The translations under genes and the position numbers were made by a program. A stretch of DNA of 64,000 nt. It comes from Planctomycetota bacterium (GTDB taxonomy: Bacteria; Planctomycetota; B15-G4). Positions 30,442 through 43,408 of the stretch are shown piece by piece. The stretch covers positions 73,976 through 137,975 of the forward strand of contig JAQWOM010000055.1 in the NCBI GenBank assembly GCA_029245865.1, read 5' to 3'. Positions within the stretch are counted from its first letter, which is position 1; each line of letters opens with the position of its first letter. The notes under the pieces were generated by a model that did not search any database, was not told where the DNA came from, and worked only from the letters and a program-made list of their open reading frames with translations.

Positions 30442-31452
30442 TTGACCGACGACCAGGACATCCTTGCCGGGGCTCGTGAGCTGCTGGCAGCTGAAGCGCA
30501 AGCTCTCTCGATGCTGGGGGAGTCCCTCGACACGGACTTCGCCCGCGCCGCTCGACTTCTCGCAGCCTGTGAAGGCCGCGTGGTAACCAGCGGAGTCGGG
30601 AAAGCTGGCATCATCGCACGCAAGATCGGCGCAACCCTCGCCAGCACGGGGACCCCAGCGGATTTCTTGCATCCCACAGAAGCGCTCCATGGTGACCTTG
30701 GGCGGGTCACACACCGTGATGTGGTGCTGGCTCTCTCCAACAGCGGCAACACCGAAGAAATCTTGCGTCTCGTCGCTCCTCTTCGAGACGTGGGAGTTTC
30801 CCTCGTCGCAATCACCGCCGACCGCGCATCTCCCCTCGCCCAACATGCCGACGTGGTTCTCGCTTATGGAGCCATCACAGAAGGTTGCCCGCTCGGCTTG
30901 GCCCCGACCACAAGCACCACCGTCATGCTGGCACTTGGCGATGCGCTTGCCATGGAAGTCCTGAAACTGCGCTCGTTTTCGTCCGAGGAGTTCGCCCGCT
31001 TCCATCCCGGCGGGAATCTCGGTCGCTCGCTGATGAAAGTAGAAGAGGTGATGCGCAAGGGCGAGTCCCTCCCCGTTGTCCTCAGCGGCGCCACCCTTGC
31101 CGAGGCTGTGAGCATCATGACAACAACACCCGGGCGCCCGGGTTCGGTGCTCGTCGTTGGAGAAGAGGGTCGATTCCTGGGCTTCTACACAGATGGCGAC
31201 CTGCGCCGGTGCCTGTTGACTGCTCAAGAGACCGGCAACTTGGACATGATGCTTGAGCCCATTGATAAGTTCATGACCAAGCATCCAGTCACCATCGGGC
31301 CCCACGAACTTCTCGCCGACGGATTGCGCTTGTTGCGAGAGCGGCAAATCGACCAGCTCGGAGTGGTCAATGACTCTGGCAAGCCAGTGGGCCTGCTCGA
31401 CATTCAGGACCTTCTGAATATGAGGGTGCTGAGTTGGGGCTCTTCGCACTGA
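30442..31452 (+). CDS. kdsD: Arabinose-5-phosphate isomerase (KdsD/KpsF; SIS domain plus tandem CBS domains), TTG start
   Basis: The SIS motif VVTSGVGKAGIIARKI is present and the C-terminus carries CBS domains. Confidence 0.9.
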   Translation: MTDDQDILAGARELLAAEAQALSMLGESLDTDFARAARLLAACEGRVVTSGVGKAGIIARKIGATLASTGTPADFLHPTEALHGDLGRVTHRDVVLALSNSGNTEEILRLVAPLRDVGVSLVAITADRASPLAQHADVVLAYGAITEGCPLGLAPTTSTTVMLALGDALAMEVLKLRSFSSEEFARFHPGGNLGRSLMKVEEVMRKGESLPVVLSGATLAEAVSIMTTTPGRPGSVLVVGEEGRFLGFYTDGDLRRCLLTAQETGNLDMMLEPIDKFMTKHPVTIGPHELLADGLRLLRERQIDQLGVVNDSGKPVGLLDIQDLLNMRVLSWGSSH

Positions 31453-31471
31453 GATTCCTGGGGATGCTCCC

Positions 31472-31984
31472 GTGACGAAGCTCGAAGCCTTGAAGCTGCT
31501 GGTCCTTGATGTCGACGGGGTTCTTACCGACGGGACTTTCTATCTCGGCGGCCACGGCGATACGGAGATCAAGGCGTTTCACGCGCGAGATGGCGCAGGA
31601 ATCGCCCTCTGGCGCGACGCTGGATACCACGTCACCTTTCTCACCGGCCGCTCGGGGCTCGCTGTCGAGCGACGAGCTCGTGAACTGCGCGTTCCTCGCT
31701 ACTGGGAGGGGATCGCCGACAAGGTCTCCGCATTCGACGAAATCCTGAAGCACTTTGAAGTCACCTCTGACCAGGTTGCCGTGATGGGCGATGACATCCT
31801 GGACCTGGGCATCCTGAAACAAGCGGGTTTGTCCGCTTGCCCATGCGATGCCGCACGCGATGTTCTAGAGCGCGCCGACCTCGTCATGCCATCTGCCGGT
31901 GGACACGGCGCTGTCCGCGACCTCGTCGAACATATTCTTCGCGAACGCGGAGAGTGGGACTCTCTGGTGGAGCAGCTCTGTTGA
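31472..31984 (+). CDS. kdsC: 3-deoxy-D-manno-octulosonate 8-phosphate phosphatase (HAD family), GTG start
   Basis: It has the HAD motifs LLVLDVDGVLTDG and VAVMGDDILDLGIL. The size is 170 aa. Confidence 0.85.
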   Translation: MTKLEALKLLVLDVDGVLTDGTFYLGGHGDTEIKAFHARDGAGIALWRDAGYHVTFLTGRSGLAVERRARELRVPRYWEGIADKVSAFDEILKHFEVTSDQVAVMGDDILDLGILKQAGLSACPCDAARDVLERADLVMPSAGGHGAVRDLVEHILRERGEWDSLVEQLC

Positions 31985-32019
31985 CGCCTACGGTCCGTCG
32001 CACCTTGCTCTTCTTCTCA

Positions 32020-34581
32020 ATGATGTCTGTAGGTCTGATCATCGTCTTCTCGCTAGAGAGCGATGGTTCTGCACCGACGAACAAGACGGTGTATGACACC
32101 TCAGAAACTGGCTCGGAAAACACGGTCACGATTCAAGACCTCGAATCTGAGACAGAGACTCAGGTCAAGCTCGGTGAAATCATGTTCAACGTGACGTCGA
32201 CAGTTGAACTGCCGGATGGTCGCCTTGAGCGTCGCAAGGCATATCGCATTCACATCCTGCGAGGAGAGCCAGACGAAACAGGCGCTTTCTTGGTGGAGTC
32301 GCCCCACGTCACGCTTCTCGATCTGGAAACCGGTGCAGATCGAGGCAGCGTGCGTGCCGACAAAGGGCGATTTGAAAGCCGGCAAGCAGGACCCATTGTC
32401 GGCATCTTTGACCCCAGCTCGTTTGACACCAAGAACTTCACTCTGACCGGTAATGTTCACGGAGAGATGATCTTAGACCAGGGCGAGAACGCCACTTTTG
32501 ATGGCTCAGAGCTTCGCGTGAAGGGAGAGAACCTGTTCGCCCCGGGCGAGGTTGCCTTGGGTTCCGAATCTCTGGCCATGCTCGGAACCGACATGGAGTG
32601 GCAAGGCGCAATACGCAAATTGACGTTCGCATCTGTTTCAAAAATTGAGCTGCTCGAAGAGTTCGGGGCCGTGATGGAATCGCCTTCTGGCCTCGAATGG
32701 TTTGTTGCGGAGGCTGGCGATCAAGGTGGCCATGGAGCGCTGTTCGGTCCCGTCAGGGGAAAGGCTACCGATGGATCTCGCCTTGAGGGTGACCGGCTCA
32801 TGCTGAGTGAAAACGCCTCCTCAGCCACGCTTGTCGGCAACGCGCGCTACGACATCGTTCGCCAGGGCGCACTCTGGACACTCTCCGCTGACACGATCAC
32901 TACGAGAGTTTCTCAGGTGGGCGAGTGGGAACTGACTCGCGCAGCGGGTGAGGTTCGCCTTGCCTCAGACAACGCCGATCCGCCCGGATGGTTTGAAACA
33001 AATCAGCTCGATGGCCTCGATCAATCACTGGTGACTCGCGGCCCAGTACGTGGCCAATACGGCGAAGTCTCATTCAAAAGCACTGGGCTGATATGGAACG
33101 AGTCAGGTGGTCAGATAGACCTCTTGGCGGATGTAGAAATCGACTACCTTTCAACCAGCCCGAACGCAGGAATTTCTGGAGCTCACATTACCGCTCCTGG
33201 AGGTCTCTTTCTCACAACAGATGATTCGGGCAAGCGTGCGCGCTTTGCCGGACCTGTTGAAGCCTTTGCTCCAGGGGTGGGTTCCTTTCGCTGTGCAGAG
33301 TTGACCTACGACGAATATGCCTCGGAGGTTGTGCTCAGCGGATCAGCTCTCGCCCAATTCGAACTCCAAGACCGAACTCGCGAGCTTTCCGGCGAACGCA
33401 TCACTGTCATTCTTGATGAACTCGGGGCGCCCTCCTCCGTGAGTTCCCAAGGAGAGGTGTTGCTGACCGAGCATGCTGACTCTGGCTTGATCTTACGTCT
33501 CGCGGGACCGCGCCTGAATGTGACAGCAACGCAAGCATTGGCGCCAGAAGCTTTTGATTTGTATTGGAATGGATTGGATATCACGGGAGTTGGGTTGCTC
33601 CTGGATAACACCCTGGGAGTGTTCAAGGTCGACGACTCGGCTCATGTTTCGCGCACACTTGAGGATGGTCGAGTCGAGTGGATTGAAGCTCTCGGCGGTT
33701 TGACCTGGTGGGCCCCAGCAGACGGCAGTAAAGATCCTGCGCAGGGACACGGAGAGTTCCGGGGGCCGGTGAAAGGGCAATCGGCAGACAGCGTGCGCTT
33801 CACGGCAGATTCTCTAGAACTCGACGGAATGCTTCAGACTGCCGACCTCGTCGGACAAGCCGTCGTTTCCCATCCCACCGATGGCCAGGTTGAGTCGGAA
33901 GAGTTCCACCTTCTTTCGAGCCCAGAGGGACTCGTCATTCGATCACCTCTTCTTGTCACATGGACCAGCAGTCAAATCTCTGGTTACGGAAAAGGTCTGA
34001 ACTACAACGAAGAAGAGGGTCTCCTCTCACTCTCGAGTCATGTGCTCATTGCATTGTCAGAGTTGAACGAAACCGCAGTAGAGATCACATGCGATGGAGT
34101 GTTTACCTGGAGCGCTCCTCCAGGCTCGCTTGACCCTTTCGCCCAAGGAATCGGTGAGTTTCGTGACAAGGTTGTCGGACGCAACCCAGATGGCAGCAGC
34201 TTCTTTGCAGATCGATTCATCATGGACATGCCGAAAAACAAGGCAGAGCTTTTTGGAAATTGTCAGGTTCAGCAACTTCGAGAAGAAAAAGTCTATGAGC
34301 TAAAAACTGGTTCGTCTGGCTACGTCCGGATCGAGACAGACTTACAAAGAGAGCCCGTGAAGTTGGATGCCACCGGGAGAGTTGAGCTGGTTGCCGGCGA
34401 CATGACACTCCAGGGTGACAAGCTTGTCTGGAGTGTGCCCGATGACCACATGGTGATGTCGGGCGACTGCCGCCTTCAGGTCTTCGGTGGTTGGATGAGC
34501 ATGCCCTACATCGAAGCATGGCCGGAAGCCATGCAGTGGTACATCCCACGAAACGTCTCGAAGATCGATGTCGAACCCTGA
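32020..34581 (+). CDS. Large N-terminally membrane-anchored periplasmic protein (about 850 aa). By position it may be an expanded LptC/LptA-like component. An alternative TTG start at 31981 overlaps the kdsC stop.
   Basis: It has a signal-anchor helix MMSVGLIIVFSL and repeated beta-rich segments containing GNV..G motifs (e.g. FTLTGNVHGEM). It occupies the lptC/lptA position after kdsD-kdsC and overlaps the start of the LptD-like gene by 14 nt. Confidence 0.5.
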   Translation: MMSVGLIIVFSLESDGSAPTNKTVYDTSETGSENTVTIQDLESETETQVKLGEIMFNVTSTVELPDGRLERRKAYRIHILRGEPDETGAFLVESPHVTLLDLETGADRGSVRADKGRFESRQAGPIVGIFDPSSFDTKNFTLTGNVHGEMILDQGENATFDGSELRVKGENLFAPGEVALGSESLAMLGTDMEWQGAIRKLTFASVSKIELLEEFGAVMESPSGLEWFVAEAGDQGGHGALFGPVRGKATDGSRLEGDRLMLSENASSATLVGNARYDIVRQGALWTLSADTITTRVSQVGEWELTRAAGEVRLASDNADPPGWFETNQLDGLDQSLVTRGPVRGQYGEVSFKSTGLIWNESGGQIDLLADVEIDYLSTSPNAGISGAHITAPGGLFLTTDDSGKRARFAGPVEAFAPGVGSFRCAELTYDEYASEVVLSGSALAQFELQDRTRELSGERITVILDELGAPSSVSSQGEVLLTEHADSGLILRLAGPRLNVTATQALAPEAFDLYWNGLDITGVGLLLDNTLGVFKVDDSAHVSRTLEDGRVEWIEALGGLTWWAPADGSKDPAQGHGEFRGPVKGQSADSVRFTADSLELDGMLQTADLVGQAVVSHPTDGQVESEEFHLLSSPEGLVIRSPLLVTWTSSQISGYGKGLNYNEEEGLLSLSSHVLIALSELNETAVEITCDGVFTWSAPPGSLDPFAQGIGEFRDKVVGRNPDGSSFFADRFIMDMPKNKAELFGNCQVQQLREEKVYELKTGSSGYVRIETDLQREPVKLDATGRVELVAGDMTLQGDKLVWSVPDDHMVMSGDCRLQVFGGWMSMPYIEAWPEAMQWYIPRNVSKIDVEP

Positions 34582-37021
34582 CCAGCCCTTTGTTTCGCGT
34601 ATCACGCGGCCGCCTGCGCGCGCTCAAAGAATCCGTTTAGGCGGGTTGCTCGGCCTCGCCTTGCTCTGGGTCATGGTCGCCGGATCTGCGGTGTATGGAC
34701 AGTCCGAGTCTGTCGTCATCCGATCCCAGGGCGGCAACACGGGTTTCCTCGACGAAGACGATCCAAATCGCATCGTCATGGTTTTCTTTGGCGGCGTAGA
34801 CATCACGCAGGGAAACCGTCAGATGCACGGTGACACCCTTGTTGCCATTTTGCAGCGAAGTGCCGTCACAGCGACGACTTCCCGGCTGGGATCAGATGAA
34901 TCAACCTTGCCAAGTGACCACGTCGTCGAACTCTTCGTTGACGGGCGCGTCACTCTTCAAGAAGGCGACGAACAGATTCTGGGTGCTTCTTCGATCTACA
35001 TCAATCATGTGAAGAAAACCCTGACAATTCTGGAAGGCGAATGGCGTTCAAATTTGAGCGAAACGCCTCTTATTGTTCGCTACCGAGTCATGCGAGAGCA
35101 CGCGAATGGCGTTCGCGAAATGGAGGGCGTCACATACACGACATGCGACTTTGCGCACGCACACTGGTCCATCAAAACGCCCTGGGCAAGACTTGTTCCA
35201 ACCGATGCAGGCAAGGTTCTGCACACCAGTTGGAATAGTGTTCAGCTTGGCGGTCTTCCCTTCGTATGGATGCCGGGGATTCACATCAACGTCGACCGCG
35301 ACAGACCCCCCCTACGCCGTGTCGGGTTTGGAACCTCCAGCAAGTTCGGCACAGAAACCAACACCACCTGGGGGGGGGACGCGTCAGACATTGCAACGAA
35401 GTTTGGAGAAGTTTTGGGTGTGGATGGGCCAGTCAAAGCGGACTGGGAATTGGAGCTGAACAACTATTCGCGTCGCGGACTTTTCTACCAACCTAAATGG
35501 ACCTACGAGACGGAGAACTCCGAAGGAGTGGTGTTCGGTTCGTACATCCACGACGAGGCCAAGCGCGATTATCTAGAGCAACCCATTTTTGATCACACAA
35601 GGGGGCGGTTCGACCTCGAACATCGAACCCGAATTGACGAACAGAAAACCGTCAACATTGAGGTTTCCTACGTCAGTGATCAGAACTACCTGCGCGAATA
35701 CTATCCCCAGGAAGAGCGAGTCGACAAACCTCCAGAGACGTACATCAACTACCTGAATGTCGAAGACAACCGGGCTTCATCTGTGCTTGCCCAAGTGCGG
35801 CTGAACAACTATCAGACACAAGTCGAATATTTACCGCGCTTCGAATACAGAATGACCGGTGAACAGGTTGAGACCGGCCCGTTTGGAACGGCCTACTTCA
35901 CAACCAGAAATTTCGCGGACAATGTTGCTCTGAGGTCTTCCAAGTTACCTCCCAATGATTACGGAGAGCCTCACCCAACCCAGCCCAATTCAGAGCGCAA
36001 CATTCGCGCCGGAACATCAGGCCTGGTCCAGTGGCCCATTGAAGTTGGCGGAGACCGAGTCACTGTCACAAGTGGTTATGACCTGACGTTTTTTGATCGC
36101 ACATCCAAGACAAAGGATAATCCTTTCACAAACCCTCTGGACGAAAGCGAAAGTGACGCACGATCAGCTGTTCGCTACGCATTGCTAGGCGGCGTCGAGT
36201 GGTCCCGAACCTATTCCGGCACCGCTGAATACAACAACGAACTCTGGAACATGGAAGGTGTCCGCCAGATCCTCGAGCCACGAGTTGGCTACGAAGGCAT
36301 TTTCCTCGTAAACGAGGAACCAGACGATCTGTTACTTATCGATCGCACTGAAACCCTTGCGAAGCGCCACGCATTCATCGTAGGTCTTCGTCACAGGATT
36401 CAAACCCACCAACAGAACGAAGTTGTGACAACCCTCGACACGGATATCTCGATTCCTTTTTATCCCAATGAAGACCGAGATAACCCCATACCCGAAGAGG
36501 GCCAAACTCCTGATGAGTTCAAGGGCCAAACAGCCGGCCCACTCAGAGTCGACATGCAATGGAAACCCGGCGCCAATATTCCTGGTCTTCGACGTGCAAC
36601 CATTCGTTATCGAAGTCTTTACGACACCAGTGGCTGGAAAAATTTGGAAACGTTCGCTTCTTATGCCTCGGATTTTGGAGACGACCAACGGTTTATTGTC
36701 TCCCAGAACAAGGTGAAGAATGTCTCTAACTTTCTTTCCGTCGGAGTCCAGTGGGTCCTAACTCCGCGCTGGACCATTGCGGCTTACAACCAAGAAGACC
36801 TGCTTTTGAATCAAAATGCGCGCCGAGGAATTCTTCTTCGACAGCAAGCGCACCGGTGGTTGATTGATGTCGAAGTCAGCCGAAGCCGGGGTAGAAGCCG
36901 TGTTTCAACGACAAACCCCTCCAACCGAGATCGCAACGACACGCAAATTACGATTAGCTTTCGGCCGTCATTTGCCTCTGAAGGCGAGACGCTTCTCAAT
37001 CAACTCGGTAGAATTCGCTGA
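34568..37021 (+). CDS. LptD (OstA)-like outer-membrane LPS-assembly protein
   Basis: It has a signal peptide, an N-terminal OstA-like segment (FGGVDITQGNRQMHGDTLVAILQ), a long beta-rich body with alternating aromatic residues, and a C-terminal barrel-like end. The size of 817 aa is typical of LptD. Confidence 0.5.
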   Translation: MSNPDQPFVSRITRPPARAQRIRLGGLLGLALLWVMVAGSAVYGQSESVVIRSQGGNTGFLDEDDPNRIVMVFFGGVDITQGNRQMHGDTLVAILQRSAVTATTSRLGSDESTLPSDHVVELFVDGRVTLQEGDEQILGASSIYINHVKKTLTILEGEWRSNLSETPLIVRYRVMREHANGVREMEGVTYTTCDFAHAHWSIKTPWARLVPTDAGKVLHTSWNSVQLGGLPFVWMPGIHINVDRDRPPLRRVGFGTSSKFGTETNTTWGGDASDIATKFGEVLGVDGPVKADWELELNNYSRRGLFYQPKWTYETENSEGVVFGSYIHDEAKRDYLEQPIFDHTRGRFDLEHRTRIDEQKTVNIEVSYVSDQNYLREYYPQEERVDKPPETYINYLNVEDNRASSVLAQVRLNNYQTQVEYLPRFEYRMTGEQVETGPFGTAYFTTRNFADNVALRSSKLPPNDYGEPHPTQPNSERNIRAGTSGLVQWPIEVGGDRVTVTSGYDLTFFDRTSKTKDNPFTNPLDESESDARSAVRYALLGGVEWSRTYSGTAEYNNELWNMEGVRQILEPRVGYEGIFLVNEEPDDLLLIDRTETLAKRHAFIVGLRHRIQTHQQNEVVTTLDTDISIPFYPNEDRDNPIPEEGQTPDEFKGQTAGPLRVDMQWKPGANIPGLRRATIRYRSLYDTSGWKNLETFASYASDFGDDQRFIVSQNKVKNVSNFLSVGVQWVLTPRWTIAAYNQEDLLLNQNARRGILLRQQAHRWLIDVEVSRSRGRSRVSTTNPSNRDRNDTQITISFRPSFASEGETLLNQLGRIR

Positions 37022-37052
37022 CGTGAACCTTGCCCTCTTAAATATCGGCCCC

Positions 37053-37409
37053 ATGGAACTGCTCATCATGGCTGCTGCGGCAGTCATGTTGTTCGGCGGC
37101 GACCTTCCAGCCACGGCCCGCAAGGCCGCTCAAGCAGTCGGTCGACTACGCTCTCTTGCTGCAGATCTCGGACGAGAGTTTTCAATCGACGAACATGCGG
37201 CTCGACCCGCTCGCATGGACCAAAAACATCTCATGAACCCTGACAATGACTCCGTGGCTTTAAGGCCACAACTTCCTGGTCGCCGGGAAGATGAGCCCCT
37301 TGAGAAAGAGCCTGTCGAAAACAAGGACCAGGCGTCGTCGTCAGAAGTTTTCGACCCCCTTGCGCCGGCCGATGATTCAGCCGAACAGCAGAGCAAGAGA
37401 GAGCCCTAG
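37053..37409 (+). CDS. tatA: Sec-independent (Tat) translocase subunit, TatA/TatB family
   Basis: The N-terminus MELLIMAAAAVMLFGGDLPATARKAAQAVG matches the TatA/B TM helix plus amphipathic helix pattern, and there is an acidic C-tail. I verified the internal ATG at 37053. Confidence 0.7.
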   Translation: MELLIMAAAAVMLFGGDLPATARKAAQAVGRLRSLAADLGREFSIDEHAARPARMDQKHLMNPDNDSVALRPQLPGRREDEPLEKEPVENKDQASSSEVFDPLAPADDSAEQQSKREP

Positions 37410-37424
37410 TCGGGCTTCGGTCCA

Positions 37425-40138
<2,714 letters not shown>

Positions 40139-40179
40139 GGTTCTCTCAGCACCTCTGAACGGAGCTCTCAAGACCCGGC

Positions 40180-41283
40180 TTACGAGGTGATCGGCATGAT
40201 CACATAGAGAGAGTTCTGAGATGCCTCGAAAAGCCCTGCTGACATCCGATCTTTGAAACGAAAGGCCACGGACTCCTCGGGCAAGGTTTTCAGGAACTCC
40301 CCCAGGAATGCTGGATTGAAGCGCAACTCGGTCGCCTCGCCTGTGTAGTCAACCTCGATCTCACTTCGTGAATCCCCGACACCGTCTTGGCGAGAAGCAA
40401 CCGTCAGAAGGTTTTTCCCAAAGCCAAGGGTCACGGTGGGCCCCTCATCTCCCGCTGTGATCGAGGCCCGTTGGATCGCTCGTGAGAACTCTTCTCGCAC
40501 GAGAGTAACCGTCTCCGGGATGTCTCCATCTTTGGGGATGACAGCTCGATAGTCAGGGAACTCTCCCTCAACCAGTTGGGCCTGCATCTCGACCGAGGGA
40601 AGGCTAAACGCAACCATGGCCTCCCGAAACTCAATGCGTAGGACCGCATTTTCTTCCGTCTGGGCTCTCATAATCTGAGTGAGGCCCTTCACCGGAACCA
40701 CAACAGAAACCTTGTCCGCCTGCCCAGCCGCAACTCCTTCAAGCTTTGCGAGAGCCAAGCGTCTGCCGTCGGTAGCAACAAGCGTCAACGCGTCATCAGC
40801 GACCTCAAGCAACACACCGTTGAAGGCGTACCGCCCCATCTCCTTCGCTGCAGAGAACATTGTTCTATTGCAGAGATCGAGGAAGTTCGTAACCGGAACC
40901 TCCAGGCCACGTTCCGGTTCGAGAGTTGGGATCGAGGGGAACAACGTTGGGTCGTCGCCGTTCAATCGGAATCGAACCCGTCCACCAGAGAGAACATGCA
41001 CGTCGTTCTCTTCCTCGATGGTGATCTCGTCGGCATCCATAGATCGAACAGCAGAAAGCAGCGTTGCGGCAGGGAGAGCTGCTTCCCCATCTCCGGAGAC
41101 GCCTTCCGCCGAGTACCGGCGTCGAACGGAAACATCTCCATCGGTCGCTGTGATCTGTACGTGATCGCCTTCCACAGAAACAAGAACGTCCATCAAGATC
41201 GGACGCGTGCTCCGGGTTGGGCAGACAGAGGCTGCGAACTGGAGGTGCTGTAGAAAAACTTCGCGAGGTGTGACCAGCTTCAT
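40180..41283 (-). CDS. dnaN: DNA polymerase III beta subunit (sliding clamp)
   Basis: The protein is 367 aa with a three-domain clamp architecture. The N-terminus LQHLQFAASVCPTRSTRPILMDVLV is typical. Confidence 0.95.
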   Translation of the reverse strand: MKLVTPREVFLQHLQFAASVCPTRSTRPILMDVLVSVEGDHVQITATDGDVSVRRRYSAEGVSGDGEAALPAATLLSAVRSMDADEITIEEENDVHVLSGGRVRFRLNGDDPTLFPSIPTLEPERGLEVPVTNFLDLCNRTMFSAAKEMGRYAFNGVLLEVADDALTLVATDGRRLALAKLEGVAAGQADKVSVVVPVKGLTQIMRAQTEENAVLRIEFREAMVAFSLPSVEMQAQLVEGEFPDYRAVIPKDGDIPETVTLVREEFSRAIQRASITAGDEGPTVTLGFGKNLLTVASRQDGVGDSRSEIEVDYTGEATELRFNPAFLGEFLKTLPEESVAFRFKDRMSAGLFEASQNSLYVIMPITS

Positions 41284-41645
41284 AGGCCAGGTCTTCCGGG
41301 TGTTGTGTTTATCTTTTCTCTATGAATTATGATTCATCATCATAGAGGCGTTCGGATTGTCAGTAAGTCGTCTTGTTTGAAATCAAAGCACGGCAGGTAC
41401 GAAACTTGTGTCAGTTCGCCGTTGCCGGTGAAAACGCACATTATGCACCGCGGGCAGGCAGTTGTTCCATGCTGGGTTGTGGCCACAAAGCCCGGGACTG
41501 AGGACTTCGGTAGACATTCCCCGAACTCCCCACCAGAGATTCACAGCCTGTCCACGAGAGCTGACCGGCTTTCGAACGGCCCTTGAGGGGCTGGTCAAAT
41601 TGCGGACACCACAGGTAGCAAACGAGGCTGAGAAGGTGTTCGGAT
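41284..41645. other. Candidate oriC / DNA-unwinding region in the 362-bp dnaA-dnaN intergenic spacer
   Basis: The spacer between dnaA and dnaN is unusually long for this dense genome. It contains a locally AT-rich stretch near 41300-41350 (gtgttgtgtttatcttttctctatgaattatgattcatcatcatag). It also contains degenerate DnaA-box-like 9-mers (ttgtggccacaa, ctgtccacg). Confidence 0.35.
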
Positions 41646-43043
41646 TCAATGTTGGAGTCGAGCTTCAAACTCGGCAAGAAGCTGGGCGAATTGAGAGCCC
41701 CCGTTGATGCGCTCTTCGATCTTGCTGACCGCATAGAGGACGGTTGAGTGGTCGCGTCCGCCAAAGCGTGCACCAATCTCCATGAGGGAGAGGGGTGTCA
41801 TCTTGCGGGTGAGATACATCGCGACCTGTCGGGGTAAAACGATCGATTGAGTCCGTCGCCTTCCATTGAGATCGGTGACCCGAACCCCGTAATGCTTGCA
41901 GACAACATCCATGATTCGATCGACACCCAGGATGCTCTGGTGGGTGTCGTCGCCAGAATGCCCCAGGGCCTCCCGCGCAAGGTCTAGGTTGACTGCTCGG
42001 CCGGTTAGCTGCGCATATCCATGAACCTTGGTGACAGCTCCCTCGAGTTCGCGGATGTTGGTGCTGATTTTCTCAGCAAGGAAGTTCAAAACCTCTTCGG
42101 GAAGCTCGACATCTCGATCTCGAGCCTTTCGGCGAAGAATTGCCTGCCTGGTTTCATACCCCGGGGTTTCGATTTCTGCGACCAAGCCCCACTTGAACCG
42201 GCTGATCAACCTCTCCCTCAGGGTGGGGATCTCCGACGGGGGGCTGTCACTGGACAGCACAATTTGTCGCTGATCGTTGTAGAGGGTGTTGAACGTGTGG
42301 AAGAACTCGTCCTGAGTTCGCTCCTTGTTTGCGAGTAGGTGGATATCGTCGATCAGCAGGAGGTCTACGCTCCGATATTTGTATCGGAACCGACTCAGAT
42401 CCCCCTGCTCGATGGCAGCGATGAACTGGTTTACAAAGGTTTCACTCGAGAGATAGAGAACCTTGAGAGCTCGGCCGGAGTCCATGGCCTTGTGACAGAT
42501 AGCCTGGAGCAGGTGGGTTTTTCCAAGCCCCACAGCCCCATGAAGGAAGAGCGGGTTGTAAGAGCCGGCAGGGGCCTCTGCGACAGCCATGGCGGCCGCA
42601 TGAGCGAGCTGGTTACTCGGCCCCACGACGAAATTGTCGAAGGTGTACTTCTCGTTCAGCGTCACATCAGAGTGTTGCTGGAAGTAGTTGGTGTTTCGGC
42701 TGCGGAAATCGTCGACGAGCGCCGGTGGGCGCACATCAGCTACAGGTGGAGCCTGGATCAGGGCCGGAGAGGCTTCGGTCTGAGGGGGCTCTCGGACGAC
42801 GAGTTGATACTTCAAGGTCTCCCCAAAGACGCTTTGAACGGCTTCTTGGAGTTCCTTTGTGTAGTGGGTCATGACCCACTCGTGATGGAATGAATTCTGA
42901 ACTGCGAGTTCGAGACTCTCTGCGCTCTGGGAGATGACGCGCAGGCCGGAGAACCACAGCTCGAACTTCCTCCGACTGACCAGTTCCTTGAGCGCCTCGT
43001 GGAGGCGATCGGTAAGGATGTCGGGAGTCACGGCCAAACTCAT
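41646..43043 (-). CDS. dnaA: Chromosomal replication initiator protein DnaA
   Basis: The AAA+ Walker A (GAVGLGKTHLL), Walker B (LLLIDDIHLL) and the C-terminal DNA-binding domain (LPRQVAMYLTRKMTPLSLMEIGARFGGRDHSTVLYA) are present. I verified the internal ATG at 43043 (MSLAVTPDIL). Confidence 0.95.
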   Translation of the reverse strand: MSLAVTPDILTDRLHEALKELVSRRKFELWFSGLRVISQSAESLELAVQNSFHHEWVMTHYTKELQEAVQSVFGETLKYQLVVREPPQTEASPALIQAPPVADVRPPALVDDFRSRNTNYFQQHSDVTLNEKYTFDNFVVGPSNQLAHAAAMAVAEAPAGSYNPLFLHGAVGLGKTHLLQAICHKAMDSGRALKVLYLSSETFVNQFIAAIEQGDLSRFRYKYRSVDLLLIDDIHLLANKERTQDEFFHTFNTLYNDQRQIVLSSDSPPSEIPTLRERLISRFKWGLVAEIETPGYETRQAILRRKARDRDVELPEEVLNFLAEKISTNIRELEGAVTKVHGYAQLTGRAVNLDLAREALGHSGDDTHQSILGVDRIMDVVCKHYGVRVTDLNGRRRTQSIVLPRQVAMYLTRKMTPLSLMEIGARFGGRDHSTVLYAVSKIEERINGGSQFAQLLAEFEARLQH

Positions 43044-43408
43044 GCTTCGTGGCTTCCCCAGGGAAAAAGTGCGAACAATGCAATGCCAGGCTAGGTCAAT
43101 CGATCCTCGGACGGCGCGGAAGGAGGATCCCTCAAGGGAACCAACGAATGACGCACGCAACGGCAATGGACTCAGTACGCAATGTCCCCTGCATGCGGGC
43201 GGCCTACCCTTCCTCTATCACCTCAGCCCTGGTCCGTGGGTCATTCATTTAGCCCGACCCGGTACCAGCAACAAGGCAACTCGCAACTCCCCCTGATGGC
43301 GAGTGTGCGGAGCCACTATGGTGGATTTCGTGATGCTGTCAACGGGTCAGACCTACATGACAGGCCGCCACATGAGCGTGCGAATACAAAGCAGTGTTTG
43401 CGCACTCG
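43044..43408. promoter_or_regulatory. dnaA upstream intergenic region (365 bp). It contains the dnaA promoter and may contain DnaA boxes.
   Basis: It is the noncoding spacer between the cysteine desulfurase stop and the dnaA start. It contains weak DnaA-box-like elements (tggtggattt, ccgccacat). It is not notably AT-rich. Confidence 0.3.

Noticed and set aside
41284-43408. Perfect DnaA boxes (TTATCCACA / TGTGGATAA)
   Set aside because: I found only matches with 2-3 mismatches by eye in either spacer. The oriC calls are therefore kept at low confidence and rest on synteny and AT content, not box counts.
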